Shown here: piece after piece, positions 24,501 through 35,519 of the stretch
How the letters are laid out: the number at the start of each line of letters is the position of its first letter
How positions within the stretch are numbered: position 1 is the first letter of the stretch
Assembly: GCF_902652985.1 (NCBI RefSeq)
Contig: NC_047019.1
Span: 12,648,001-12,712,000 of the forward strand
Source of the DNA: Pecten maximus
Taxonomy: Eukaryota
Reading direction: 5' to 3'
DNA length: 64,000 nt
Position numbers and translations under genes: made by a program
The notes under the pieces: generated by a model
The model's database searches: none
The model's input: only the letters and a program-made list of their open reading frames with translations
Told to the model about the DNA's origin: nothing

Positions 24501-26570
24501 ACCAACATATATGACAAAGATGATGTTACTACACATAACCAAGTCAAGGCTATGTTTAAGGTGAAGTAATCACGGATTAGAAATAAGACCATGGATTCAT
24601 TGACTTCACATTAATCGAATTTATTTCAAACTTACAGCTTGTTTTTTTAGAAAAAAATCATCTGTACGATATGTTAAATAAAAAAAATTGTATGAATTTT
24701 GGAAATAAGACACAATGTATTCGATTTTATCGGATCTCCAGGTTAAAACTACAAAATATCAACGATATGTTTTTCACATGTTGAACACAACATTTTTGTT
24801 TCGTACGACCACAGGAGCAGGTAGAGTGGGCGGTGGAGGAAGGGGCGGACTACATCATAGCGGAGACAATAAGCTACTACGGGGAGGCTAAACTAGCGCT
24901 AGAGGCAATACAGAAATACGGAAGAGGTAGAAGACCTAATAGTCATTATTGTGAGAGTCCTTGTCGGATGAATGATGATATCTTATTGATATACGGTAGT
25001 TATAACTACTAGTTATAGAGTTTGTCGTTTTTTTTGTTTGTTTGTTGTTTGGTTGGTTTTTTTTTTTTTTTTTTTTTTCACAATCAGAGAAAGAAGACAG
25101 ACAAGCAAACCCTTTCTAACGTAAAAATCAACTGAAATAGCTAAAAATGTGAACAATACATTTGCAGGGATACCGATTAAAACAAAAGTTGATAAATCTT
25201 CGATTTGATTCCTATTGATATCATTGAATGCTGTTTTCAATGTTTCGTTTCATTGATATTGATGAAAACCTAACTGAAACTTTCAAAACTAATTACAAGT
25301 ATTTAAAAAGTAATTCAATTCCGCAAGCTTGCTGTTCTCATATCAATACTATTTATGTGTATCATAATCTTTCAATAGATCTTTAAAATTTATATTCGAT
25401 ACATATAATTCCTGCGGTTTGTTTATGACAAAAGGGAGAAAATTTTGTAAGCTTTCAAGGACAGATAATTGGACATATCTATATCATTGGTGACGTCACA
25501 AATTTGTTGCGTCATCCAGCAAAAATGAGGCCCTAACCAACAAAGCTCTGCTAGCTGTTTGCATGTGTGAACATAACATTATGTATGTTAGGGCAGTTAT
25601 TTATGATTACGTAAAGGTGCCCCAGCAGTGATAACTATAGCATGCTATGTACCGGACAAGACGCTTGAGGGGCTACCGATAGCCGAAGCATGTCGTAAAT
25701 TGGAGGAGGATGGAGCGGCCGTGGTGGGTCTAAACTGTGGACGTGGTCCAAGGACAATGTTACCTACAATCAGAAAAATAAGGAAAGTTTGTAAGGTAAG
25801 GGGCATACTAAGCTTTATACATCTCTGTATAGAGAAGTCAGACGGAGAAACACAACAACATGGCAAACATCTGCCACCATGCATTTGCATTGATACTACT
25901 GTATTTATCATATATATAAGTTTATTCTGAATAGATACATTTCATATATATTTGTCACGCTTAAAGAAAATAAATAACATGAACAATCAAACAACAGAAT
26001 AATGTAATTCTAAGATTTAGATGTGAAAATTGATATTTAAAAGAAAATTATACATGTGTCAAATTAGAAATATTTTTACTTTGTATGCTAGATGTTACAT
26101 GGCAGACTGGCTGTGTGGATACAGAACAAGATATTTATGCTTTCTTGAGAGAAATATCCCTTGCCTAGAAAGTTCCTTCGTTGTTGTTCAGTGAAAAATT
26201 AAAGCAGTCCTGAATTGTAACTTTGTAAAGTTAAATAATGCACCTGCACCCTCACCTTAACAACAGCAAATATGTATATAACTACATTGTTAACAAGTAC
26301 TATAGGCGCCTCAACAACACTGTATATTCCAGATAAGTATAGTTACTAATGCTTCCTCCAGAAGGTTCATTATATAGGGCAGGTTTGTAAAGATTGTAAC
26401 CAAAGTACAAAGAGAGACTTTTCCGAAGAAGAGGTGTGCATAATAGCTGAATTGAACAAGTTCTATTGCATAATAATTAATCTTACAGGGACCGATAGCC
26501 GCCATTCCCGTGGCATTCAAGTCTACGGATAAGTGTCCCACGTGGATCATTTTGAAAGATCCGGACACAG
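21558..26570 (+). pseudogene. BHMT-like copy 3, exons 1-6 intact, exon 7 missing
   Basis: Exons 21558-21570, 23599-23789, 24366-24560, 24815-24926, 25617-25795, 26489-26570. Intron 6 homology to copy 6 stops at 27376, and no GLCCG exon follows before copy 4. Confidence 0.8.
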
Positions 26571-26625
26571 GTAAGTCAGTCCTTAAACAGGTACGACTAG
26601 GCATGGGTAAATCTAGGATGGACAC

Positions 26626-26992
26626 GGGGATAACCAAACACGAAACTGATGAGTCTAAACATGGGGTTACTTCACAGTAGACTTGGGGATATCCAAACCC
26701 GAAACTGGTGAGTCTAGACATAGGGTTACTTCACAGCAGACTTGGGGATATCCAAACTAGACACTGGTCAGTCTAAACATAGGGTTAGTTCACAGCAGAC
26801 TTGGGGATATCCAGACCAGAAACTGGTGAGTCTAGACATAGGGTTAATTCACAGCAGACTTGGGGATATCCAAACCCGAAACTGATGAGTAGTCTAAACA
26901 TAGGGTTAGTTCACAGCAGACTTGTGGATATCCAGACCCGAAACTGGTGAGTCTAGACATAGTTTAGTTCATAGCAGACTTGGGGATATCCA
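26626..26992. repeat. 59-bp minisatellite (~6 units)
   Basis: Unit gagtctagacatagggttagttcacagcagacttggggatatccaaacccgaaactggt. Confidence 0.9.
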
Positions 26993-27100
26993 GGTATTCC
27001 TAGACATAGGTACTTTCAGAGCAGTCTCAGAGAAATGCGAACCAGAAACGGGTGAGTCTAGTCTCGGGTAAATCCAGAATAAAGTCGAGGAAATCTAGAT

Positions 27101-27217
27101 CTGGGCTGAGTTTTACTAAGCATCTTAAGTAACGGAGTTTGGTAGGACGGAGATTTAACGTAACTTAAGGTTACGATACAAATCGTAACTTAAGATGCTG
27201 AGTTAAACTCAGTCCAG
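27101..27217. mobile_element. Small MITE-like element with ~30-bp TIRs
   Basis: ctgggctgagttttactaagcatcttaagt ... acttaagatgctgagttaaactcagtccag. A second copy lies at 56568-56684. Confidence 0.65.
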
Positions 27218-27599
27218 GAACTGGTGAGTCTAGACATGTTAACGTAAGTTCAAAGCAGCCTCAGGTAGGTCAACACCATATACTATTTCACTTCGTGGCC
27301 TGCCTAGTCTCAGCTATATTCCGACCTCAGGTTTTATTGCCATCCTTCTCCATCTGAGGTCGTCCGCTGAGTGTTGTGAATTGTGATGACATCACATTGT
27401 TTACAGCGCTTCGTTGTGTCTGCACTACCTGACGTGAAGTCTGCATTTTGTGTGTTCAGTGTTCTTGTTGGAATTAATTATAGTAAAACAATATTATTTA
27501 TCAATACCTTGTATGAAAAAAGCTTTTTTATTTTTTATTTTAACAAAAAAAAACAATAAAAAAAAAACAACAACAAACAAACAAAAAACCCAACAGCCG

Positions 27600-29650
27600 A
27601 CAAGTTATGCATAAAAACTAAGTTCATCAGCAGTAAGGATCAGCTTCTATTTCAACGATGGAGACTGTGGTTTTACCATGATACACACAACAATATAGGA
27701 AATTATACATCTTGTTTGTTTAACTTAAAGGAACCTGATTTTACTATCCCTGGGTTTTGATGTTATAGCTGGATGATTTATTTTTGCTGTCAACTGCCAT
27801 GAATTTACATTTCGTGAGCTTCAACTTCATAAGCCAGTTTTCTGACCATTTCACAGTCAAGTCAATATTTTTTGTATTTCCTGGTTTTTCGTGGTTTTCA
27901 CAGGTTTCTAGAAGATGTTGGTGTCGTCCACGAATAATTTAACTAGGTAGAATACCACTTCTTGTGTGTCGTTCACATAGATGAGTAAAAGTGTTGGTCC
28001 GAGGATACTTCCCTGATGAACACCGCTTGTTCCTGAGACACTGTTGGAACACTGTCCATCAATAAATACCATGGCATTGCAGACAAGAGGTTCTTGATCT
28101 ATCAGAAGATTTCATTTAACTCCTTATTGCTCAATTTGGTGAAGTCGAAGACTGTGGCAGACTTTGTCAGATGCTCTACTAGAATCTAATTTAATAACAT
28201 CAGTAGTGCAGCCTACATTCATTGCGATGATCCAGTCCTCTAGGGATTCGAGGGAATGAGTGGCAGAGGATCGCATAAATCGGAATCCGTGTTGTTACTT
28301 TGTGAAGAGATTACTCTCATCAATATGTTTAACCAGGTCATCCATAAATATCCTCTGTAAGATCTTATTTGGGAATGAAGTCAGGATAATCTTATAGGTC
28401 GATAATTTCCTGGATATTTTCCTGAACCCTTTTTTAAATGGGATACCTTTTTTCATGTGTCTGTGAGCTTTCTTTCCTTAATTGTATTGTAAAAAAGATA
28501 ATAGAGATGATTCTTTTTATTTCATTGGCGGTTTTAATTATAAGTAGCTGGTGGATGTTGTCAGGGTCAGGAGATTTGTTAGGATTAACCTTCAAGATGA
28601 CCTTCAAGACAAGGCTTTCTGTTATATGGATTTGGTTATTTATATCGTCTCTCGACAAGGGAAGATCTGGCATTCTTAGCATTTTCGTTGACGAAGACAC
28701 TGACTGATAAGTAATTCATAATGTTGGCTATGTCTTCAGGTAATGATGGTATTTCACCTGATCTGATGGTTAAGTAATAACGCTGACTGTTGGTACTGGT
28801 TGGATCCTGGAGCGGACATATTTCCAAAAAGGTTTGGGATTGTTTTATTTTATCAGCTAAATATTGCTTATAGTGATTTTTAGAGTGTCTAATAGCATTA
28901 GTAGCCCAATTTCTCGCAGGCCCAAAAATTGCCCATAGTTGATTTTTGCATCTAATAATTTTCTTTTTGAAGTAAGGTTTGCGGTATTTATTTGCCGTCC
29001 TTTATACATTGGCATGTTTTCATCTATTTCTTTACGGAGGTGTTCCTTAAACATCTAATACATTGGAGCAGTTTACTATTTCCTCAGATTACTACGCATG
29101 GCTGTATAGTTTCCCATGTGAAAGTTCGGTCTATGATATTACCAGATGATCGACAATCCCTTCCTAGTTGGTAAAAATAAGGTCTAGGGTGTTGCTTTGT
29201 TGACCTGCTCTGTATATGTTTGTCTCTAAAACATGTTGTAAGAAGTAGCATTCTTTGATCTGGTAGTCCGGGTGGTTGTGTTCAAGTGCCAGTTTCATTA
29301 AAGTTTTACAGCTATACATATCCCCGTTAGATAACTGATACTCTTATTCACTTCATTCCCGGAAATTTACTTCCCCTCTCCAGTGTATTGCATTGATTTC
29401 AAAAATCTCATGGAAAACAGATCCAAATGATAGCCATTGCAGCCATCTTATATATCTGACTATAATTATTTTAACTGCCCTGTTGGACAACTGTCTTGAT
29501 GTACATAATGAATTTAACTTGCCTGAAAGACATAATGGTTTTAATTCATCTTCAAGTGTTTCAAACAAACTTTCCCTTAAGTGTTTAGTGCATTTGTTGA
29601 ATGCTTGACTAGGTCGTGTCTAACTTTAGACTTGAACATTGTAAACGTTA
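27600..29650 (-). mobile_element. Decayed non-LTR retrotransposon (CR1/L2-like) ORF2: endonuclease and RT remnants
   Basis: Minus-strand motifs GEVNF, NTLDL, NPNKSPDPDNIH, QHGFR, TSGVHQGSILGP and FVDDT, with many stops and frameshifts. Confidence 0.8.
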
Positions 29651-29703
29651 CTGCAGGTATACACTTTTAACACGTGTATCATTAGGAGTAGTGTTATCGG
29701 TCC

Positions 29704-29962
29704 TATCCATGTCGGATGTTTAATCTATCATGTTCTGTTGTTTTTAGATATGCGATGAAGACTGCCTCTGCTCTGATAAATTAAAAGTCTGCTTTGTGAT
29801 GACTAGACCGGCGATGGTGACGTCATTGTCTTTATGTTGGGGTGAAGTGAAATGGCGGGAAACATGTTTGAATTGGTCTCCGGCTCTGATACCGGTTAGG
29901 TGTCCGCTGAATCTAACTCGGATGGAGTAAACAAACTAGTCGCACTTTGAACAGAAAATCTT
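29704..29962 (-). mobile_element. Penelope-like GIY-YIG endonuclease C-terminal remnant
   Basis: Minus strand CSKC.../SIRVRFSGHLTGIRAGDQFKHVSRHFTSPQHKDNDVTIAGL.../RAEAVFIAYL..TE.DRLN fits the RFxxH...VxxHF...H...E..I..L.T...LN pattern. Confidence 0.6.
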
Positions 29963-30321
29963 ACCTGCAAAATGTGTGCGCCAGTGAACAAGGAACCAAG
30001 CCAAACTTTAGATTGGTTTTAGGAACCAACTGTTCTACTTATAAATTATTAACTCTGTCATACGTACTGTATCGATAAAGTTTTCTGAAACATAAGTGTA
30101 AATATATGCTACCGCATTTGATACGTTATACCTGCATTTTCAATTTGTTTTGATAACGATATTCCCTGTGTCGAAACTAGTCGACATTTGGATTAAAGCC
30201 GGGAAACCAAGCTAGACATTGTTATGGTCATCTTTTATTTCTTTCATTTCTATATGTAATCTATAGTTACATATTTAATCCTTAAATGTTTCAAACCAAC
30301 TCTAAATTATCGTTTTAATTT

Positions 30322-31253
30322 TTCCTGTCCTAATGTACATCATGGTTTTAAATGTCTTAGTGTAAGTAAAGTGTTAATTGTCCCAATGAACATACCATAT
30401 GGTACATGTAATGGTTTTAACTGTCCTGATGTACATAAAGGTTTTAACTATCCTAATGTACATAATGGTTTTAACTCTCCTAATGTCCATAATGGTTTTA
30501 ACTATCCTAATGTACATAATGGTTTTAACTGTCCTGATGTCCATAATGGTTTTAACTGTCCTGATGTACGTAATGGTTTTAACTGTCCTGATGTACGTAA
30601 TGGTTTTAACTGTCCTGATGTACGTAATGGTTTTAACTGTCCTGATGTACGTAATGGTTTTAACTATCCTAATGTACATAATAGTTTAAATCTGCCCTGT
30701 TGTGCATAATGGCTTTGACTGTCCTGGTGTACATAATGGTTTTTACTGTCTCGATGTTCATAATGGTTTTAACTGTCCTGATGTACATAATGGTTTTAAC
30801 TGTCTCGATGTTCATAATGGTTTTAACTGTCCTGGTGTACATAATAATTTTAAATGTCCTGATGTACATGATGGTTTTAATCTTCCCTGATGTGCATAAT
30901 AATTTCAACTGTCCTGATGTGCATGATGGTTTTAATCTGCCCTGATGTACATAATGGTTTTAACTGTCCCGATGTACATAATGGTTTTAACTGTCTCGAT
31001 GTTCATAATGGTTTTAACTGTCCTGGTGTACATAATAATTTTAACCGTCCCCATTTACATTATGGTTTTAACAGTCCCAATGTACATATTGTATAAAATG
31101 TCGTGATGTACATAATGGTTTTAACTGCCCTGATATGCTTTTCTACGTAATGGTTTTTAATTGTTGTGACGTACATACTGGTTTTAGCTGGCGTTATGCA
31201 TATAATGGTTTTAACCGGCCTGATGTACATTAAGGTTTTGACTGGTCTGATTT
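30322..31253. repeat. 27-bp tandem satellite (~30 units)
   Basis: Unit cataatggttttaactgtcctgatgta. Confidence 0.95.
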
Positions 31254-31782
31254 ACGCAGTGGGTTATAAATGAAAATGATTATAAATAAGGTATATGTGC
31301 TCATAATAATAGAAGCAAACAGTAATCATTTTTGTTGGAAAATCAATTTTTCAGTTTGAAAATCCTAAAATTATCAGTTTTTAAAATCTTAAAAACAATT
31401 GTAAGGGGAGGGGGATGGGGGTTGGTGGGTGACGGTGTTGATGATGGGAGTGTATTGCTAATATGGGATAAAAGTCATGTATCTACCATTTACTATTAGA
31501 GTAATAGACTATTATTATGGGCGAGGAGGACATATTCCTAGACATTATAAAGGATTCAATATATGATGTATATTTAATTGCAATTTGAATTATGGTCTGA
31601 TTTAAGATTTAAAAAAAGATGAAGAAACATGCTGATGGAGTGATCCATTTATTTGCCAGTGATCTTACGGACATAGAGAGTGATTGTTTATGTAATCAGA
31701 TACGAATAAAGCATTTTCAAAAGAAGATACAACGAAGACAGGTATGTTTAAACGTAATTCATGCCAAAAGATCGTATCAGTA

Positions 31783-32556
31783 AACAAGGGACCATTGGAG
31801 GGTCACAACATACGCCCGACGTAATATTTGACACTTGGAAGGGTGTAGTGTCACAGGTTGTAATACTCCGGCTCATCAAGATGTTTATCTATGTCAAGTA
31901 TAGAGCCTGGGTCGAGTAGTATAAGGGAGTAAGGGGCATGATTTTGGTATGCGACACTCCGGCTGACAAGATGTATATTTGTGTCAAGCATGGAGAGCCT
32001 GGGTCGAGTAGTACTGACGTTATGGTCCGGACAATTAAAATAATCAAAGGAGAATCACTCCGCAAATACGGGGGGTGAGGGGCATGATTTTAGTATGCAA
32101 CACTCCGGCTCATCAAGATGTATATTTGTGTCAAGTATGGAGAGCCTGGGTCGAGTAGTACTGGAGTTATGGTCCGGACAAGTAAAATCACCAAAAGGGG
32201 AATAACTCCGCAAATTTGGAAGTAAGGTGTATGATTTTAGTATGCGACACGACGGCTCATCAATATGTGTATTTGTGTCAAGGATGGAGAGCCTGGGTCG
32301 AGTAGTACTGGAGTTATGGTCCGGACAAGTAAAATCACCAAAAGGGAAATAACTCCACAAATACGAGGGTAAGGGGCATGATTTTGGTATGCGACACTCC
32401 GGCTCATTAATATGTATATTTGTGTCAAGTATGGAGAGCCTGGGTCGAGTAGTACTGGGGTTATGGTCCGGACACCATATGTACCCGCCAACCCGCCCGC
32501 CCGCCCGCCCGCCATGATAACATAACACTTATCGTCATTCGTCGGGCGTATAAAAA
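31783..32556. mobile_element. Helentron-associated non-autonomous element (HINE/pearl-like) with internal ~147-bp tandem repeats
   Basis: Subterminal 12-bp inverted repeats atacgcccgacg (31810-31821) and cgtcgggcgtat (32540-32551). Core repeats start at 31955, 32101, 32248 and 32395. A (GCCC)n microsatellite and A-rich ends are present. Confidence 0.8.
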
Positions 32557-33334
32557 TAAATCTAGCATAACAAATGAGAATGAGTTTGATTACACAATGA
32601 TTATTTATTTGCAATTAATTTTCACTTTACGGCTATCACAGCACTACCTATCTTTGTGGATATCACATGGTTGCTTTCAGTAGAAGACTGGTAAAGAATG
32701 TACAATGTGTATTTGATGACAAATGTCAAAAGTAGACTATATCAAAATCAATGAGATTCTATGAAGGTAGATACTCCGTGAGAGAAACAAAGGTAACACT
32801 CAAGTAAGATGAATGAAACAGACTACCGTTCTCACAACATTACTGCCTAAATGCTAAAACATCATAACACATAAGCTAGAGAAAGGAGAGAGAAAAAAAA
32901 AAAAAAAGCTTGACACACAACCTAGACAGTTTATTTGATTTTACATGAAGGTAAATGAGCGTTTTTATCATGAAAATTATCAATTATCAAAAGAACAATA
33001 TTTTGATCTTTCGAACAAAACAAAACAAAAAAGTCCGACACGACGGAAAAATTCTAATGAACTGATATTTTCGGAACTGAAAAAAAGCTCTCTGAAATTG
33101 TCTCATTCATATAATTGATATGGAAATGTCTGCTTTTAATGTCCTCGTATCTCCTTACAAGTACATGTATACCACATCAAAGCATTTTTGGAGGGGTCAT
33201 CACTGATAACAAACCGTTTAGTTATTTCTCAAATCTGATCCTGCACAATTGTACTGAATCCCCTTGAACTGGACACGTAAGTGACACACATACATCACGT
33301 GATGGCAAAAAATTATGAAACCAGGAAGAAGAGA

Positions 33335-33456
33335 TATAAAGAACCGTTTTGACGTTTTATATCGATCGTTGCCTACGAGGGGCCACATTTGGGTGTTTGC
33401 AAACACAGGAAAAGTACAGACGGATTCTACGTTCTGGAAGAAAATGTCTTGGAAAG
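33335..33456 (+). promoter_or_regulatory. Orphan BHMT-like core promoter and first exon (ATG TCT TGG AAA G|gt, 33444-33456)
   Basis: Homologous to the exon-1 regions at 10410-10508 and 35440-35532 (ggattctacgttctggaa.aaaatg). TATAAA at 33335 with an Inr-like site ~31 bp downstream. Confidence 0.65.
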
Positions 33457-34499
33457 GTCTGCATTGATATTTTCCCAGTCCTATAACCCAAGTTTCCTCT
33501 GAACCTGACACAATGTCTAGTGTGGGAACCCCACATATGATGTAAGGCCAAGAGGAAACCCCGACTACTTTTTTTGGTACTTTCAATCGTGCAAATAACT
33601 TTTCAATTTTGTATTTGTATTAGTTCCTTCATTAAATAAACGCGACTTGGTTTTGAGCGAGATCAGTTTAAAGTGATTCTGGTTATTTTTAGTAACAACG
33701 CTATATACCTTAATTGGCTAATAATAGGTAAGTTTGCGTAGGCGTATTTCATACGCAAGTTGGCGGTTTCCGCCAACCTGTCATGCGATATCCCAGAACA
33801 CAAAGAAACTATAGAAAATAAAAAGATAAAGAGCATCTAAGTCAATGCATATGCAAGACTGCCACTCAGCATTTAGCATGACCTGCAAGCCTCTATATCT
33901 AACCACGAACTCGGCAAACTTACGGTTTCAGCCATAGGCATTTGTATCTATAAGATACAAGAAATTTTATTTTCGTCAAATACACATGTAAAAGGTGCAT
34001 TATTTCACCTTGAAATATAATATCCAGGTTCGGTGTTCTTTGGTCCGTCAGGTTATTATATCATTACATCCTAAGTTGTAGTTTGTAAGTAAAGTCTGGT
34101 AAATAAACACAAACTAAAGATATATAAAGTTGGGCAGTTCTATTAAAATATCAAATATTACCATATAATAAAGGACAGAACTATTGACACAAATATACAA
34201 TACGCTAAAGGACGCCACGTGACTTATTATAAATACCAGAGCGTGCGTTATAAAATAATGGCTACATGTATGATAGACGAGCGTGTATTAATTTCAAACT
34301 CCTATATGTCTATACTAGTACATACGGGCGCCATGATTTACCCACATCTACCAAAATCTACTTAAACCCACCAAAGTCTTACCCAAATCTAATCTAAACA
34401 ATTACTCTGGTTCCTAGCCCTTTCACTGTGTAACGGATTTGCAGACACTTCCAACTTATAACTGGATCCAGTTTTTGTCACATCTTTTATATCTAGTTC

Positions 34500-34940
34500 T
34501 ACCACAATACCCTTCAACTCTCAGACCATCAGTTAATAATTACAGCTGTTGATTAACAATCTGTTTATACCATTTGATTGGCTAACACGATGAACTTTGA
34601 CCCAAGCTGCAATTGTTATTGGCGTCATCAATAATCTAATGACGTCACATCACCGGGTCCCGGACGTCACCGGTACACTTTATTTGCATACGCGAAATTA
34701 TACTTGGCCACGTTTCCCTTTGATTCAAGCCGATATTATTGTGGTGGAAACAGGTCACACGACTCGAAATTGTCGGATATGGAATTAATTTCACACTCGT
34801 AAGTTATTTCTTAAAAGTTGCAAAAAACACTCGCTAAAGCTACACGAGCTTTAGCGAGTGTTTTTTGCAACTTTTAAAAAGTAACTTACTCGTGTGAAAT
34901 TAATTCCATATCTAACAACCACTAATTGTGTAACCTCTAT
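34500..34940. mobile_element. Non-autonomous insertion with near-perfect ~66-bp-arm palindrome (34776-34912)
   Basis: Absent at the homologous site upstream of copy 2 (~9880). gatatggaattaatttcacac...gctaaagct acacg agctttagc...gtgtgaaattaattccatatc. Confidence 0.7.
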
Positions 34941-35519
34941 TTATAACACGACAAAACTATACAAAAACAAATTTATTTCAGAAATACATTGAATGTGTCT
35001 GTATTTGAGCAGAGACGAATTATTCTTAAATGTTTAATCACCTGATATATACTGAAATGTTCAAGCACTCCGACGTGCGCAATGTGGTGTTATGGAACAT
35101 CAGAGATGCCTTTCATTTGACATATTTAAGGTAAATCTCGATGATAACAATGCTAATGTACACGGATTTAAATACACAAGTTATATAGAGACAAATATAT
35201 GGGATAGCGTCGCACAATTATTTCTATAAACAATATATATATAATGCATCTTTATCAGATCAAACACGAATTATTCATACAGGTTTAGTCAACTGGACTA
35301 TAGGATTCATCAGTGATGCCTAGAGTCGATACATAGAGTGTTATCTTTATATATTTACCAACCTGATATATAATACAAACACAAGGTTTATGGGGATAAA
35401 ACTAAACAAACAAACAAAAAAGATTACAGATCTTTCCATAGATCATTGGTATCGGACGCCACCTTTTACTGTTTGCAAACACCAGAGAAGTACGGAAGGA
35501 TTCTACGTTCTGGAATAAA

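Noticed and set aside
26626-26992. CRISPR-like appearance of regular repeats (also 36454-36885)
   Set aside because: These are contiguous tandem units with no unique spacers, there are no cas genes, and the context is eukaryotic.
30371-31096. ORFs encoding HNGFNCPDV / MVLTVLMYI repeats (also 45901-47158)
   Set aside because: A 27-bp unit is a multiple of 3 and stop-free in several frames on both strands. Frames break at indels and there is no splice context.
32055-32614. Longest minus-strand ORFs (157 and 125 aa)
   Set aside because: They are translations of the 147-bp internal repeats of the HINE element.
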